A stretch of 63,772 nt of DNA, counting the filler, from Aduncisulcus paluster (Eukaryota): assembly GCA_024181965.1 (NCBI GenBank). It is 6 parts of 6 records of this genome, joined end to end, with 100 filler letters (N's around TTAATTAATTAA, not from the genome) between each part and the next. Parts side by side here need not be neighbours in the genome. Positions count along the whole stretch, not along the records: positions 22,635 to 32,028 come from BQXS01012600.1; positions 32,129 to 41,792 come from BQXS01012603.1; 4 more parts are not named here. The stretch is one strand, 5' to 3'. How positions within the stretch are numbered: the stretch's first letter is position 1; each line of letters begins with the position of its first letter. This document shows, in pieces, positions 22,635 to 32,764 of this stretch. The position numbers and the translations under genes are program-made. A model generated the notes under the pieces. That model did not search any database. It was not told the DNA's origin and saw only the letters and a list, made by a program, of their open reading frames with translations.

Positions 22635-22990
22635 GCCAAATTGGGTTGAATATCTGGAATCTATGAAAATAGAAAAACCTGAAATTATGAAAAGAACTTC
22701 TCAAAGATCCCAACGCTCCCAAAAATAAAAAATGACAAATAAAATCTTCATTCATTTAATTTGAGCATAAAAGTCGCTTTAAATTTATAAAAGTAACCTT
22801 AAAAGCATTTTTTCACTATAATTATGAACTATCACTTTCAAAATGTGACAAAAAACTCCCAAATACTTCCAATGTCTGATATCAAATAGTTACAATGTTT
22901 CAAATGCTTAAATCGAGTTATAAACACACAAATTCTTTAAAATAATATCATAAATGTTTAATTTAATGACTATTTCTGGCTGGAACATTT

Positions 22991-23013
22991 TGCCGGTATT
23001 TTAAATACCGGCA
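22991..23013. repeat. perfect 11-bp inverted repeat TGCCGGTATTT-T-AAATACCGGCA
   Basis: Read directly; followed by more CCGGT motifs up to 23030. Confidence 0.85.
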
Positions 23014-23425
23014 CCTGCCGGTCCCGGTATTTTCGTTTTATCCCAATCGAGAGTGATCCATCGAATGGATTGTAGCAGGAGGTTGATCATCTATGTATTT
23101 AGAATATCGTGCTCCACAGAGAATATGAGGCATTTTATGATAACAATATTTTTTTTTTTCGAAGAAAAAGGTGTATGGATTGAGATATCTCCGATCCGCT
23201 GATATCTCCTCGAAAGGTCTGAAGGTTTTAGAATTGATAAGAAATTTATTTTGAACTCATAAAATTATCAAATATTTGTTCTCTTATTGCTTTGACCATT
23301 GTTTTTTAAATTTAAATTCCCAGTGAGAAACCAACCGATACAGTAATTCCTCATAGAGAGTTATTTTGCATAGAAGGGGAATTCTTATCGAATTATCAAA
23401 TTTGATAGCACAAATTATATATATT

Positions 23426-23794
23426 ATGGATCCTGAGAATGATGATGAGCACATGGCCCCTACTACAGATCGACAATCAGAAGAACTGCAAGAGGAACAG
23501 AGAAGGCGTGAAGAAAAGATACGACAATCAAGGTCTCAAATAATGCAAATACTGCATGATCCAAAAGCCTTTTCTGCTTTGGTGAAAAGGGCCGTTAAAA
23601 CCGCAATCGAGAGGCATCATGCTGCAGGACGTAAGGTAATCTGTGGTGACAAGTTCTCAAATGTCTATTCTTTAGATAAAGATGGTGTTATAGAGTATTT
23701 ATGTGAAGATCATGGACAGAAATTCCAGTATCCCTATCCTATATCAAAGAACGGAGAGTCGTTGTATCCAGATCAGGATGAGGGTGAAAAATGA
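23426..23794 (+). CDS. small hypothetical protein (122 aa from the ATG at 23426)
   Basis: Open frame after an AT-rich leader; coiled N-terminus, then AVKTAIERHHAAGRKVICGD...DKDG. Confidence 0.6.
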   Translation: MDPENDDEHMAPTTDRQSEELQEEQRRREEKIRQSRSQIMQILHDPKAFSALVKRAVKTAIERHHAAGRKVICGDKFSNVYSLDKDGVIEYLCEDHGQKFQYPYPISKNGESLYPDQDEGEK

Positions 23795-24399
23795 ATGCGT
23801 TTTGACATAAAATAGACTCAAAATATAATAAAATCCACCCCTTCCCTTATTATTAGGTTATCCAAACAAGAGTGGACAGGAAGATGTGCACAACGCATTG
23901 ACTAGGTGGCAGTTTTATTTCATTTTATTTCAAAGGGGCTTTCTTTGGCTTATTACCATACATTCAAATAATATTGATATAAACAACAATAAAAAATTAA
24001 AAATAGTTGCCATCCAATAGCTGTTGGGACTAATACAGAGAAAGTTTTGCCAGGGGCCAATATCTAATTTTTTTAAAATTTTAACCGAAATATCAAAAAT
24101 TTTATATTTTTATAATCCAAATACATTTCCTAAATTCAGTGTTTTTCCAGGTTCATTTGTCGACACTGAAACCCAAATCAGATGTTCTTTTCTTTGCAGT
24201 CCTATCAGGATCTCAATTTATTTGTGCGCAAACAGCTTTAGTTGTGCATTCCTTAAATTATTACATCAAATTTATTCATAGAAACTAACCACCAGTGTTA
24301 TTTCTATCATTGACCAAATTTATTGAATTTGCCTCCATTATTCCTATTATCTTTTCGAATTTTGTATAAACTCTTTCGAGAAAACCATCCATTATTACA

Positions 24400-26250
24400 A
24401 TGACCTCTGAAGATGCTGCTATTGAAATGCAAGACGTTAAGGCTGAACTTTCCGAGGAAGAATCCTCTCTTGATGCTGAAGAGAAGTTTTCCATGGAATT
24501 TAAAAAAGTCTTATCCGCTGCTACTGTCTGCCGTACCGTTGATCACACTTCCTACACCATTACCAGTATGAGAGGCAAAAGCCCTGAAGCTGTTGTCGAA
24601 GAAGTGCCTGATGTTGCTGAACATGAAGCCTCCGATTCTCCTGGTGTTGGAAAGTCTCTCTTTGCCTCATTAGGTTTCGATATGGATGCTGGAAACATTG
24701 AGAAACAAAAGGAAAAGGCCAAACAGTCCGAAACTTTTGCTGATTCCACCACTTCTACCCTTGAATTCCTCAAGAAGACAGGAAAGAAAGGATTCTTGTC
24801 ATCCATTTCTGGTTCTCAAGCCACAAATTGGAAAGAATTGAAGGAAAAAGATTTGCGTACCATTACTCTTGATCTTCAGCAAGCTGAGGTTGAGTACCGT
24901 TTCCGTGACCGTCTGTCCTTCTGTGGTTCTTCTCTCCACGACATTGGAGAGGTCTATGGCCATGGTGTCAGATACTACTTCTTCTTCCTTCGTTTCCTGT
25001 GCGTTGCCAACTTTATCCAGTTCCTCTTCCAGCTCATCCCAATCATTAATTACATGATTGAGCGCAAGAGGCAAAACCTCGAAGAATCTTCCCTCGGTAA
25101 GCTTCTTTTCTGGTCCGAAGAGACCTTACCATACGTGTCTGAAACCTGGAAGGTTGCCTCTATCCTTTGTGTTGTATTCTGGTTCGTAAGTGGAATTATT
25201 TATGGAATTGTCGTGAATGCTTACAAGAAAAAGGTGAAAGAAGAAGAGATTCAGGCTCGTATTGATAAGCTTCGTGATATTCTCGGTGTTGAAGTTGAGT
25301 TCAAGGACGATCTTGCCGATGAAGAGAATGAGGAAGAAGACCCTTACAAGACAGCTACTGAAGGATCCTCTCTCTCTGATGAGCGTGAAGAAAATATGAA
25401 CTTGTCTGCCGGTAACCGTTTTGTCAGACATCTCTTCTCCTGGCTCATCTTTGTTGTCTGCCTCTGTGTATCTGCCTCTTGCATCTATCTTCTCTATCGT
25501 ATCCCCACCAGCACTAATGAAACCATCAACACCTTCCTCCCCATTATTGTTTCTGTCTCCATTGTTCTTCTCAACGCCATTTTCAAGACTGTTGGTAAGA
25601 TCCTCCCTGAAAAACTCGAAAGAAACCGTACCTGGAGTGCCACAAGAAAGAGTATCCTTGTCAAGACCTTCATGTTCAAGATTGTCAACCTCATGGTCCT
25701 GTATGCCGTCTCTGGTCTCGTTACCGCTGAGGGAGATGAAGAAGTGACCAATTGTCCTCTCACTTCAACCGGTAAGCAGTTTACTACCAACATTATCATG
25801 GAACTCACTGTATTCAACGCTATCGAACTTGGTATGCCTCTGATTACCTTCTTGATTAAGAGGAAGTACCAGAACTCCAAGAAGACAGATGAAGAGCTTC
25901 GTAAACCATGGGATCAGTCTGACGAATACTTGGAACTTTTCTACAGACTGTGCCAGACTTACTTTGGAACTCTTGGATCCCCTCTCATTGGCCTCCTTGC
26001 TGGTATCACCAATATTGTTGAGATTTCTGTTGACAAGACCCGTTTGTTCTACATTAACCGTATTCCTCAAAGAATGATGTCCAGTATGAAGGGTTTCATT
26101 GTCTTTTACATGTTCGTTATTGCTCTCTGCGGTTTCTTCTCATACCCCAATGGAGCCTTCATTGCCATGTACAATTTATGGTCCAAGGACAAGGAATTGA
26201 CCAGTGTCACCTTCTTTAACAGACCTGACTATGCCAATTGTTTCCCCTAG
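24400..26250 (+). CDS. transmembrane channel-like (TMC) family protein
   Basis: IGEVYGHGVRYYFFFLRFL..AN (TMC TM1 signature), CPLTSTGKQF (~CWET.VGQEF), PWDQSDEYLELFYRLCQTYFG..GSPL (~EFDI..NVL.LI..Q...W.G.FF.P). About 9-10 TM; strong codon bias. Confidence 0.85.
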   Translation: MTSEDAAIEMQDVKAELSEEESSLDAEEKFSMEFKKVLSAATVCRTVDHTSYTITSMRGKSPEAVVEEVPDVAEHEASDSPGVGKSLFASLGFDMDAGNIEKQKEKAKQSETFADSTTSTLEFLKKTGKKGFLSSISGSQATNWKELKEKDLRTITLDLQQAEVEYRFRDRLSFCGSSLHDIGEVYGHGVRYYFFFLRFLCVANFIQFLFQLIPIINYMIERKRQNLEESSLGKLLFWSEETLPYVSETWKVASILCVVFWFVSGIIYGIVVNAYKKKVKEEEIQARIDKLRDILGVEVEFKDDLADEENEEEDPYKTATEGSSLSDEREENMNLSAGNRFVRHLFSWLIFVVCLCVSASCIYLLYRIPTSTNETINTFLPIIVSVSIVLLNAIFKTVGKILPEKLERNRTWSATRKSILVKTFMFKIVNLMVLYAVSGLVTAEGDEEVTNCPLTSTGKQFTTNIIMELTVFNAIELGMPLITFLIKRKYQNSKKTDEELRKPWDQSDEYLELFYRLCQTYFGTLGSPLIGLLAGITNIVEISVDKTRLFYINRIPQRMMSSMKGFIVFYMFVIALCGFFSYPNGAFIAMYNLWSKDKELTSVTFFNRPDYANCFP

Positions 26251-27220
26251 ATTAGAGATGAGCATTGTTAAATCCCATTGATTGACATTTAAATGTATTT
26301 TTTTTTTTATATATATTATTATTATTATCCTTTTTTATTTTTATATTGACAGTATGATGCTTTACTCTTACACTTTCAAATATAACAATATTAGAACTTC
26401 GGGATTGGACCATACATCTCTCCTCCTTTTGCTTTCAGATAAATGAACTTATTGACCCAAAATTATTCTCCCCCTTTTTTTATTTCTCTTGATAGGAAAA
26501 GTTTTTCTTGTGTGTGTTTTTTTTTTTTCCCATCCTCCATTGATCGGTATTTTTTGTGTTTTTACCCCATTATTTCTCTTTTTTTGTGTGTGGGAATAGT
26601 AAATTATTAATTAATAATATAATAATATTCGGGATGTTGAGTTTTCTGACTTTGTTTATCCCAAAATAAGATATCTACGGACAAACTTGGGTCCCAACAT
26701 TAAATTTCTTCAATTCTCTTCCCCTTGACCAGGGAGGATTTAATATCTTGTACCATTTCATTCAATATATGATATTACAGATTCACCCTCAATTTCTCGC
26801 TCGGTGGGGTATTCTTAACAAATTATCCCTAATAAAAACAAATTCTATACAATTAATCGCCCTCAAAAATTGTTTCTCAGAACAGAATGTTTATTAGTAC
26901 AGTATATCCCTGGCAATTTTTGTTCTGTGGTGTCCACACCGATGTTCTTCTTTTCAATTAATATAAATTAAAAAAATAAATATTCATCATAATGCATTTT
27001 TATTTTTCATCTTCTTTACCTTGGTTTAAGAGCCACACTGAAAACAAACAGAGGCAACAGATTTTGTTGTTTTCTTTGGCTTCCAAGCAAGAGACCCAAA
27101 CAATTTATTAATATTTTCTCCCGTGTTTTCGTGGATTAAAATATTTGTGTCAACTTTGCTATTCTATAACCCTTTTCATTTATTGAAACCAAACCTTCGA
27201 AATATCCCTAATTTATAACA

Positions 27221-28456
27221 ATGACAGGACAAGAACCCGTTAGTGGACTCCTTGAACAAGATCCAGATGTATCCAAGTCCGTTTTTGAAAAAATGAGATT
27301 AAGAACCACTACCCCCTTTTCATTCAAGGTATGTTTGTATGGATTCCATGCCAAAGACCTTGTTGGTACCGATTTTAATGGTATGGCTGACCCGTACTTC
27401 CGTATGCAGTTCGATGAAGATTATAAACACTGGACTTCATCTACCATTAAAAACACCATTAACCCTGTCTGGAAGGACAAGATGGAATTTGTGTACACCA
27501 CCCATTATGCTGTTGCCCTCTCCCTGAAGCAAATGTCCTTCAAGGTCTTCGACAAGGATGTCTTCAGTGACGATTACATTGGAAGTTGTAGCATCTCCCT
27601 CGACATGCTTGCTGCTGGTAACAAACATTTCGAGCTTACCTTGCAAGATAAAGAGGGAAATCCTGCTGGTTCTTTCGCGTTCAAGGCCATTTTCCTCCAC
27701 GAGTCTGAACTTAAGGCTGTGTTTGAGGAAGAGTATTTCCGTGTCATCCCTCCCCATATTCATGATCCTATGCCTCGTAAAGTGTCCATTTCTGCCTCTC
27801 TTATCTATGGTGATGGTATCCCCACGGTGCCTCTTTCCCAATACATTGGAGATCTCCCTGAGGAATGGGATGAGCATGGAGTTGTGACCGTTGAAGACCC
27901 TCTGCTTGTTATTCCTCCTGTCAAGGCCTATATGACCAATCCCGAGGCTGTCCACACCAACGTTCTGATCGAGATCTGGGGAAAGGACGGCTACTGTGGT
28001 GTTCATGACCGTCTCGCCACCTTCTTGGTTCCACTCGTTGGATCTGACTGTCTGAAAGGAAAGTACGTTGAAGGTGACATTCCTTCTCAACAGACCTTCA
28101 AGAGATGGGTTGAGGGAGAGAGTGAGGTTCGTGATGGTCCATTTGAAGGTTACAAGTTCTCCTTTGGTGCCCGTCTCGAGGTATTCGGTGTTCCTCTATG
28201 TCCCAATGGTGTTATTCACAGTTCCCTTGCCTTCCACGTTGAAGATGACGCTGCAGTTCACATTCGTATCGGGAAGACAGGTAAAATGGAGGTCAAGTTC
28301 GGAAAGAAAGATGAGAGAAAGGCCTTCAAGAAAATGGTCGACTTAAGCCATGCCATTATGAACGCCAAGAAAGCTGCCATCAAGATAGCTCCCCCTACAG
28401 AAGAATCTTCCACCGAGTCTGAACTCCAAGTCAAACGTGCTGATTTGATCGCATAA
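27221..28456 (+). CDS. C2-domain protein
   Basis: AKDLVGTDFNGMADPYF...IKNTINPVW...VFDKDVFSDDYIG, with the Ca2+-binding Asp residues; possible second degenerate C2 domain. Confidence 0.9.
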   Translation: MTGQEPVSGLLEQDPDVSKSVFEKMRLRTTTPFSFKVCLYGFHAKDLVGTDFNGMADPYFRMQFDEDYKHWTSSTIKNTINPVWKDKMEFVYTTHYAVALSLKQMSFKVFDKDVFSDDYIGSCSISLDMLAAGNKHFELTLQDKEGNPAGSFAFKAIFLHESELKAVFEEEYFRVIPPHIHDPMPRKVSISASLIYGDGIPTVPLSQYIGDLPEEWDEHGVVTVEDPLLVIPPVKAYMTNPEAVHTNVLIEIWGKDGYCGVHDRLATFLVPLVGSDCLKGKYVEGDIPSQQTFKRWVEGESEVRDGPFEGYKFSFGARLEVFGVPLCPNGVIHSSLAFHVEDDAAVHIRIGKTGKMEVKFGKKDERKAFKKMVDLSHAIMNAKKAAIKIAPPTEESSTESELQVKRADLIA

Positions 28457-29058
28457 GAAAAGAAAGGGCTCCAGTTAAATGATAGAAAATTGTTCTTTTT
28501 TTGATTATTTCTTGTGTGTGAATCGAATGATTGATTTTTTTTTTTTGGATTTCCAACCTCTTCCTCCTCTTCACACTATGTTGTATTTTCTTTTGATTTC
28601 CCCATTGAAAGAAGAATGTGATATAAATATATTTACATTTAACTCTTTCGTGATCTGTTATCTTATTTTTCACCTTTTTTTTTTGTGTTTTCAGAACATC
28701 AAGAAGTTCTTCTTGAAATCTATTAAAAACAAACAATAACTCTTTGTTATGTTTTCGACTAAATTTATTAACCACTTCCAAATGCAGATTTATTATTCCC
28801 CTTTTTTGTTTGTCTCTTGTTGCTAGGCAGTTGTCTAGCTACAAAAGAACATTGTCTTCTCTTTGTTGATCATAACACGTTTTTAAATAATTTTTATTTG
28901 TAAGTAAAAAGATAATTCCAAGTAAAAAAATGTATTTTGTTAAAAATTGATGTTTCAAGACTATTGAAATCCGTCAAACGGATCGATTACGTCGATCTTC
29001 GATTTGGTGGACATAAGGTTAGAATAACCCCCTTTTTCATTTTTATTATTATTCCCAC

Positions 29059-29574
29059 ATGCTTTATGATCATGGAATTTGTTTCGTCACAGTTGGTACC
29101 ACCAAATTTGAAGCTTTAATTCATGAAATTCTCTCCCCTTCTTCTCAAAAGGCTCTTCAAGCATTAGGGATATCCAAGTTAATCATTCAATATGGAGCGA
29201 TGGAAAAACCTTCATTTATCCCTATTAGGTCTTTATCCATTGAGATATTCAATTTTGAACCTAACATCAGCAAACGTTACCTTTCCGCCGATTTGATTAT
29301 TTCCCATGCCGGTGCTGGAACTGTGCTTGAGGTTTCGCGGCTTCAAAAACATCACATCATTGTTGGCAATCCTTTGTTAATGGACAACCATCAGATCGAG
29401 TTGATGGAGGCCATGCATTCGCGTGGGCATTGTATTGGTGTTGCTAGTGCATCTGCATTGAGGAAGATATTTGGAGATACTGATATATTGTCCAAAGATA
29501 TCCTTCAACTCAAACCTCGTCCCAAATGTCGTGAGTCTGCCCTATTTGACGAATTACTTGATTTAATTGGGTAA
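29059..29574 (+). CDS. ALG13: UDP-GlcNAc transferase catalytic subunit ALG13
   Basis: FVTVGTTKFEALI, LIIQYG, ADLIISHAGAGTVLE, NPLLMDNHQIEL. Confidence 0.95.
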   Translation: MLYDHGICFVTVGTTKFEALIHEILSPSSQKALQALGISKLIIQYGAMEKPSFIPIRSLSIEIFNFEPNISKRYLSADLIISHAGAGTVLEVSRLQKHHIIVGNPLLMDNHQIELMEAMHSRGHCIGVASASALRKIFGDTDILSKDILQLKPRPKCRESALFDELLDLIG

Positions 29575-30344
29575 TTTTTGTAAAAATAACAATATCTATA
29601 ATATTAATCAATTCTTTCAAGAAAAGGTTTTCAACCAATCTTTATATGATGATTATGTTGGATTGTATACAAATAATGCCAATTAAATCTTTGTTCTGCA
29701 CCATGCTTTGACATAACCTCCCAATATGTGTTGATTCACTATATGTTCTTCCAGCCAATATTGGACTCTGATCTGTCACGTATAAATATCAAGGATGACT
29801 CACTCCACTTTTCGGAAAGTGCGGAATTCACAAACTATAATTTTGGAGAACGAACCCAGATTGTTGAAGAGACTAATCAAATTGATTCTGTTTATGTGAT
29901 TTTTTCTGATGCTCAAAGTCACTTTGGATAAGTTATCCCGACTCGGCCACCGAGGGGTGGGCCCGTGTTTCGGAAACATTTTCTGCAAAAATATGAATGA
30001 AAATATGTCCATCTAATCATTAGTAAAATAATATATCCATTTTTGTTCTGAATTATTGTATTTAGTGTCACGGATTTCCATACCTTTTCTTCAATTATAA
30101 AAGTTTTATCACTGCGGCTGATGTGCCGTATCCACAGAATCTATAATATAGAATTATTGAACGTAGTCAAATTCATTAAAATATACAACACTGATTTCGA
30201 CACAAAAAAGGCGAAATCATCATTCAGAATAAAATTCATCCTTTTCGTTCGAGTCGGTCTTGAATATCCATTAGAGGGCTCATTTTCGTACAAATATTAT
30301 CTAGTACGATATATATCTGAATAATAGAAGACAATATTTAGCTA

Positions 30345-32028
30345 ATGAGTTCATTTGTTGATCCTGGCCAATTTCTTCAACAATCCATTTCTAGAAAGCG
30401 AGAAAAGCAGAAATTAAAACATTCTAAAGGAACCCGTCGCAGAAGCAAGTCTATATCGCTCTCGAGTGGTTCTGGTGACCAGAGTGAAGTTTCTCACGTT
30501 GTCCTTAGTCACCCAGCTGACATATCCGATACTAAACCCTCAGCATCATTAATAACTAAAGGAAAGCGTCGTTCTTCTTCTCGTAAAGATATTTCAATAA
30601 CACGAGACCATGAGGAAGACCAATCAATAGACAATGCGAAGAAAGACTCCAAAAAGGCGTCAACAGTGAATAATACAACAGTTAAATCCAAGAGAGATAA
30701 GTCAAGTAAGAGAAAGAAGTCATCATCAAGCCCTTCAACGTCCTCGCATCGTACGACCACCACAGAGAGAGTTGTTCTCCAAGAACAAATCCCTCTGGTT
30801 GTTCCCGAGCTTCCATCTGCTGTGAAAGAAGATAAAAATGATATTCTCACCTACGATCCAGGCCAGCCTCACCCATTCCTTGCGAAGAAGACGAGTAGGG
30901 AGATTAGTCTCATTAGTCATGGTCACTACGAGTCTGAGGATGATCCTAAGATTCGTATGCATCGAAGAGGACAACTCCAGGCATATCAAGAGAGCTTAAA
31001 ACACGACAAGGAACGTAAGAGGAGAGAAAAATTGAAACGAATGGAAGAACAACGAGAACTTGATCGCAAAAAAGCTGAAGAGCAAGCTTTGAAAGCTAAA
31101 AAAAGATCCTCCTCTTCCTCTTCCTCTTCTTCCTCCTCTTCCTCCAATCGTACTCCTCGTGCTGATGGAAAGAGGAAGAGTTCCCGTATCAAGGAAAGGG
31201 ATGCCAAAATACTAGAGCAACAAAACCAGATTCAAGAGCAATATAATGCCCAATTGCAAGCTCAACTCCACGCCCATATTCAGGGAAGGCATACCCACGT
31301 GGAACAAGCGGCGAGCAGTGCAAGAGGCAGACCTTCTCGTTGGAGGAGTCGAATATCGAAACCTAGAACAGGGAAAGGAAGTGCAAAAGGGAAAGGAAGA
31401 GGAGGAGGAGGAGGAGGAGGAGGAGGAGGGAAGGAATATTCAGAGATAACAAGTAATGCTGAGCAATCATTGGATCAGGGAACATCATCATATATTCCTA
31501 TCCCCGGGATTGTGGCTGTGGACGACCAATCACACCCACAAACTGGTTACATCGATGGATTATCCACTGCTGACCCACACATTCAGCAAGAGCAAGGACG
31601 ACATTATCACCATGGATCTTCCCTCGAACCTACTAAACAACAACATTCTCAAGAAACTATAAATAGATATCAAAAAAGAGAGGAAGAAGAAGAAGATATG
31701 TATATTCCCCCAGGTAGATATAGAGAGTCTAATACTTCAACCCATAACAAGACAGCCCGTACATCCTCTTCTGCAACCTCAACTGTTGTCCATGATGCTT
31801 TGTCACCTAGAGTCACAAGAGCAGACGTCGGAGATAAACAACCTCTCGGTCATCACGGAGAGAAAGCTCCCGATTCTCCAATGGTTGAGGCTGCTTCAGA
31901 TATTTATGAGGATGGCTCTCCCCGTCGTAGGAGTTCTCGTTTAGCTGCTCAATCTGTGGAAGAAGATAGCGATAGATACATTCCAACAATCCATGGACAA
32001 CACCGAGCACATACAGCAACCTTGCATG
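30345..32028 (+). CDS. hypothetical low-complexity / coiled-coil protein, 3'-truncated at scaffold end
   Basis: Open frame of about 560 aa with poly-S, poly-G and K/R/E-rich tracts; no recognisable domain. Confidence 0.65.
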
Positions 32029-32128
32029 NNNNNNNNNNNNNNNNNNNNNNNNNNNNNNNNNNNNNNNNNNNNTTAATTAATTAANNNNNNNNNNNNNNNN
32101 NNNNNNNNNNNNNNNNNNNNNNNNNNNN
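32029..32128. other. artificial scaffold linker
   Basis: N44-TTAATTAATTAA-N44. Confidence 0.98.
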
Positions 32129-32129
32129 G

Positions 32130-32348
32130 GAAGACCAACGCTGCAAGATCGCACAAAAGCGGATTTCTCGTAGGAGGTACCATAAACTCCGTTCAATTCG
32201 TATGCGAAGAGAGGCAGTTGAAAAGAGAAAACAACGTTTCCTTCTACAAAAGATTTTAACAGCACAATCTTATCAACGCCATTGGTCTTCAATCCAATTC
32301 GAGGATGGAGATTTTGAAATTTCCAAATCTAGAAAGCCCAAGAAGTAA
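32130..32348 (+). CDS. 3' end of an unidentified basic protein
   Basis: Frame open from the scaffold edge: EDQRCKIAQKRISRRRYHKL...SKSRKPKK*, followed by T-rich UTR-like sequence. Confidence 0.5.
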   Translation, partial: EDQRCKIAQKRISRRRYHKLRSIRMRREAVEKRKQRFLLQKILTAQSYQRHWSSIQFEDGDFEISKSRKPKK

Positions 32349-32764
32349 TTTCGTACAAACTTTCCCTTTTCGTTATTTTAATTCAATTTTTAGTCAAAGA
32401 TTAGTTTTTTTTTCTGGTTGAACCTCTCTTTTACCGTTGCTGAGTGTACTTTCAATTTCTATCCCTCATTTGTGTGAGAAGTAAATCAACTCAAGGTAAT
32501 ATGTCATTAACACACATTATAATGCTTAGAAACCTCAAAGATTGTTTCAATAACATCATAATTCACACTATTTAGATAGACTCGAGTGATAATCTTGCCA
32601 ACTAAAATAGGACCGTACATAGTTTATAGGAAAAAAAATATTTGAGAATGAATTAACAATATTTATACATCAATTTGGCTGACCTAACTCTAGTTTCCAA
32701 GATATCAACAAAATCTTATAATTCATGTCTTTTGGGCTAGTCAACTTGATCACGACTAGTTTTA

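Noticed and set aside
27437..28090. 217-aa minus-strand ORF and similar overlapping ORFs in the TMC and MCM6 genes
   Set aside because: Antisense frames left open by codon bias of the real genes
32130..32260. bZIP-like basic region
   Set aside because: Lacks the N-x7-R signature and a leucine heptad
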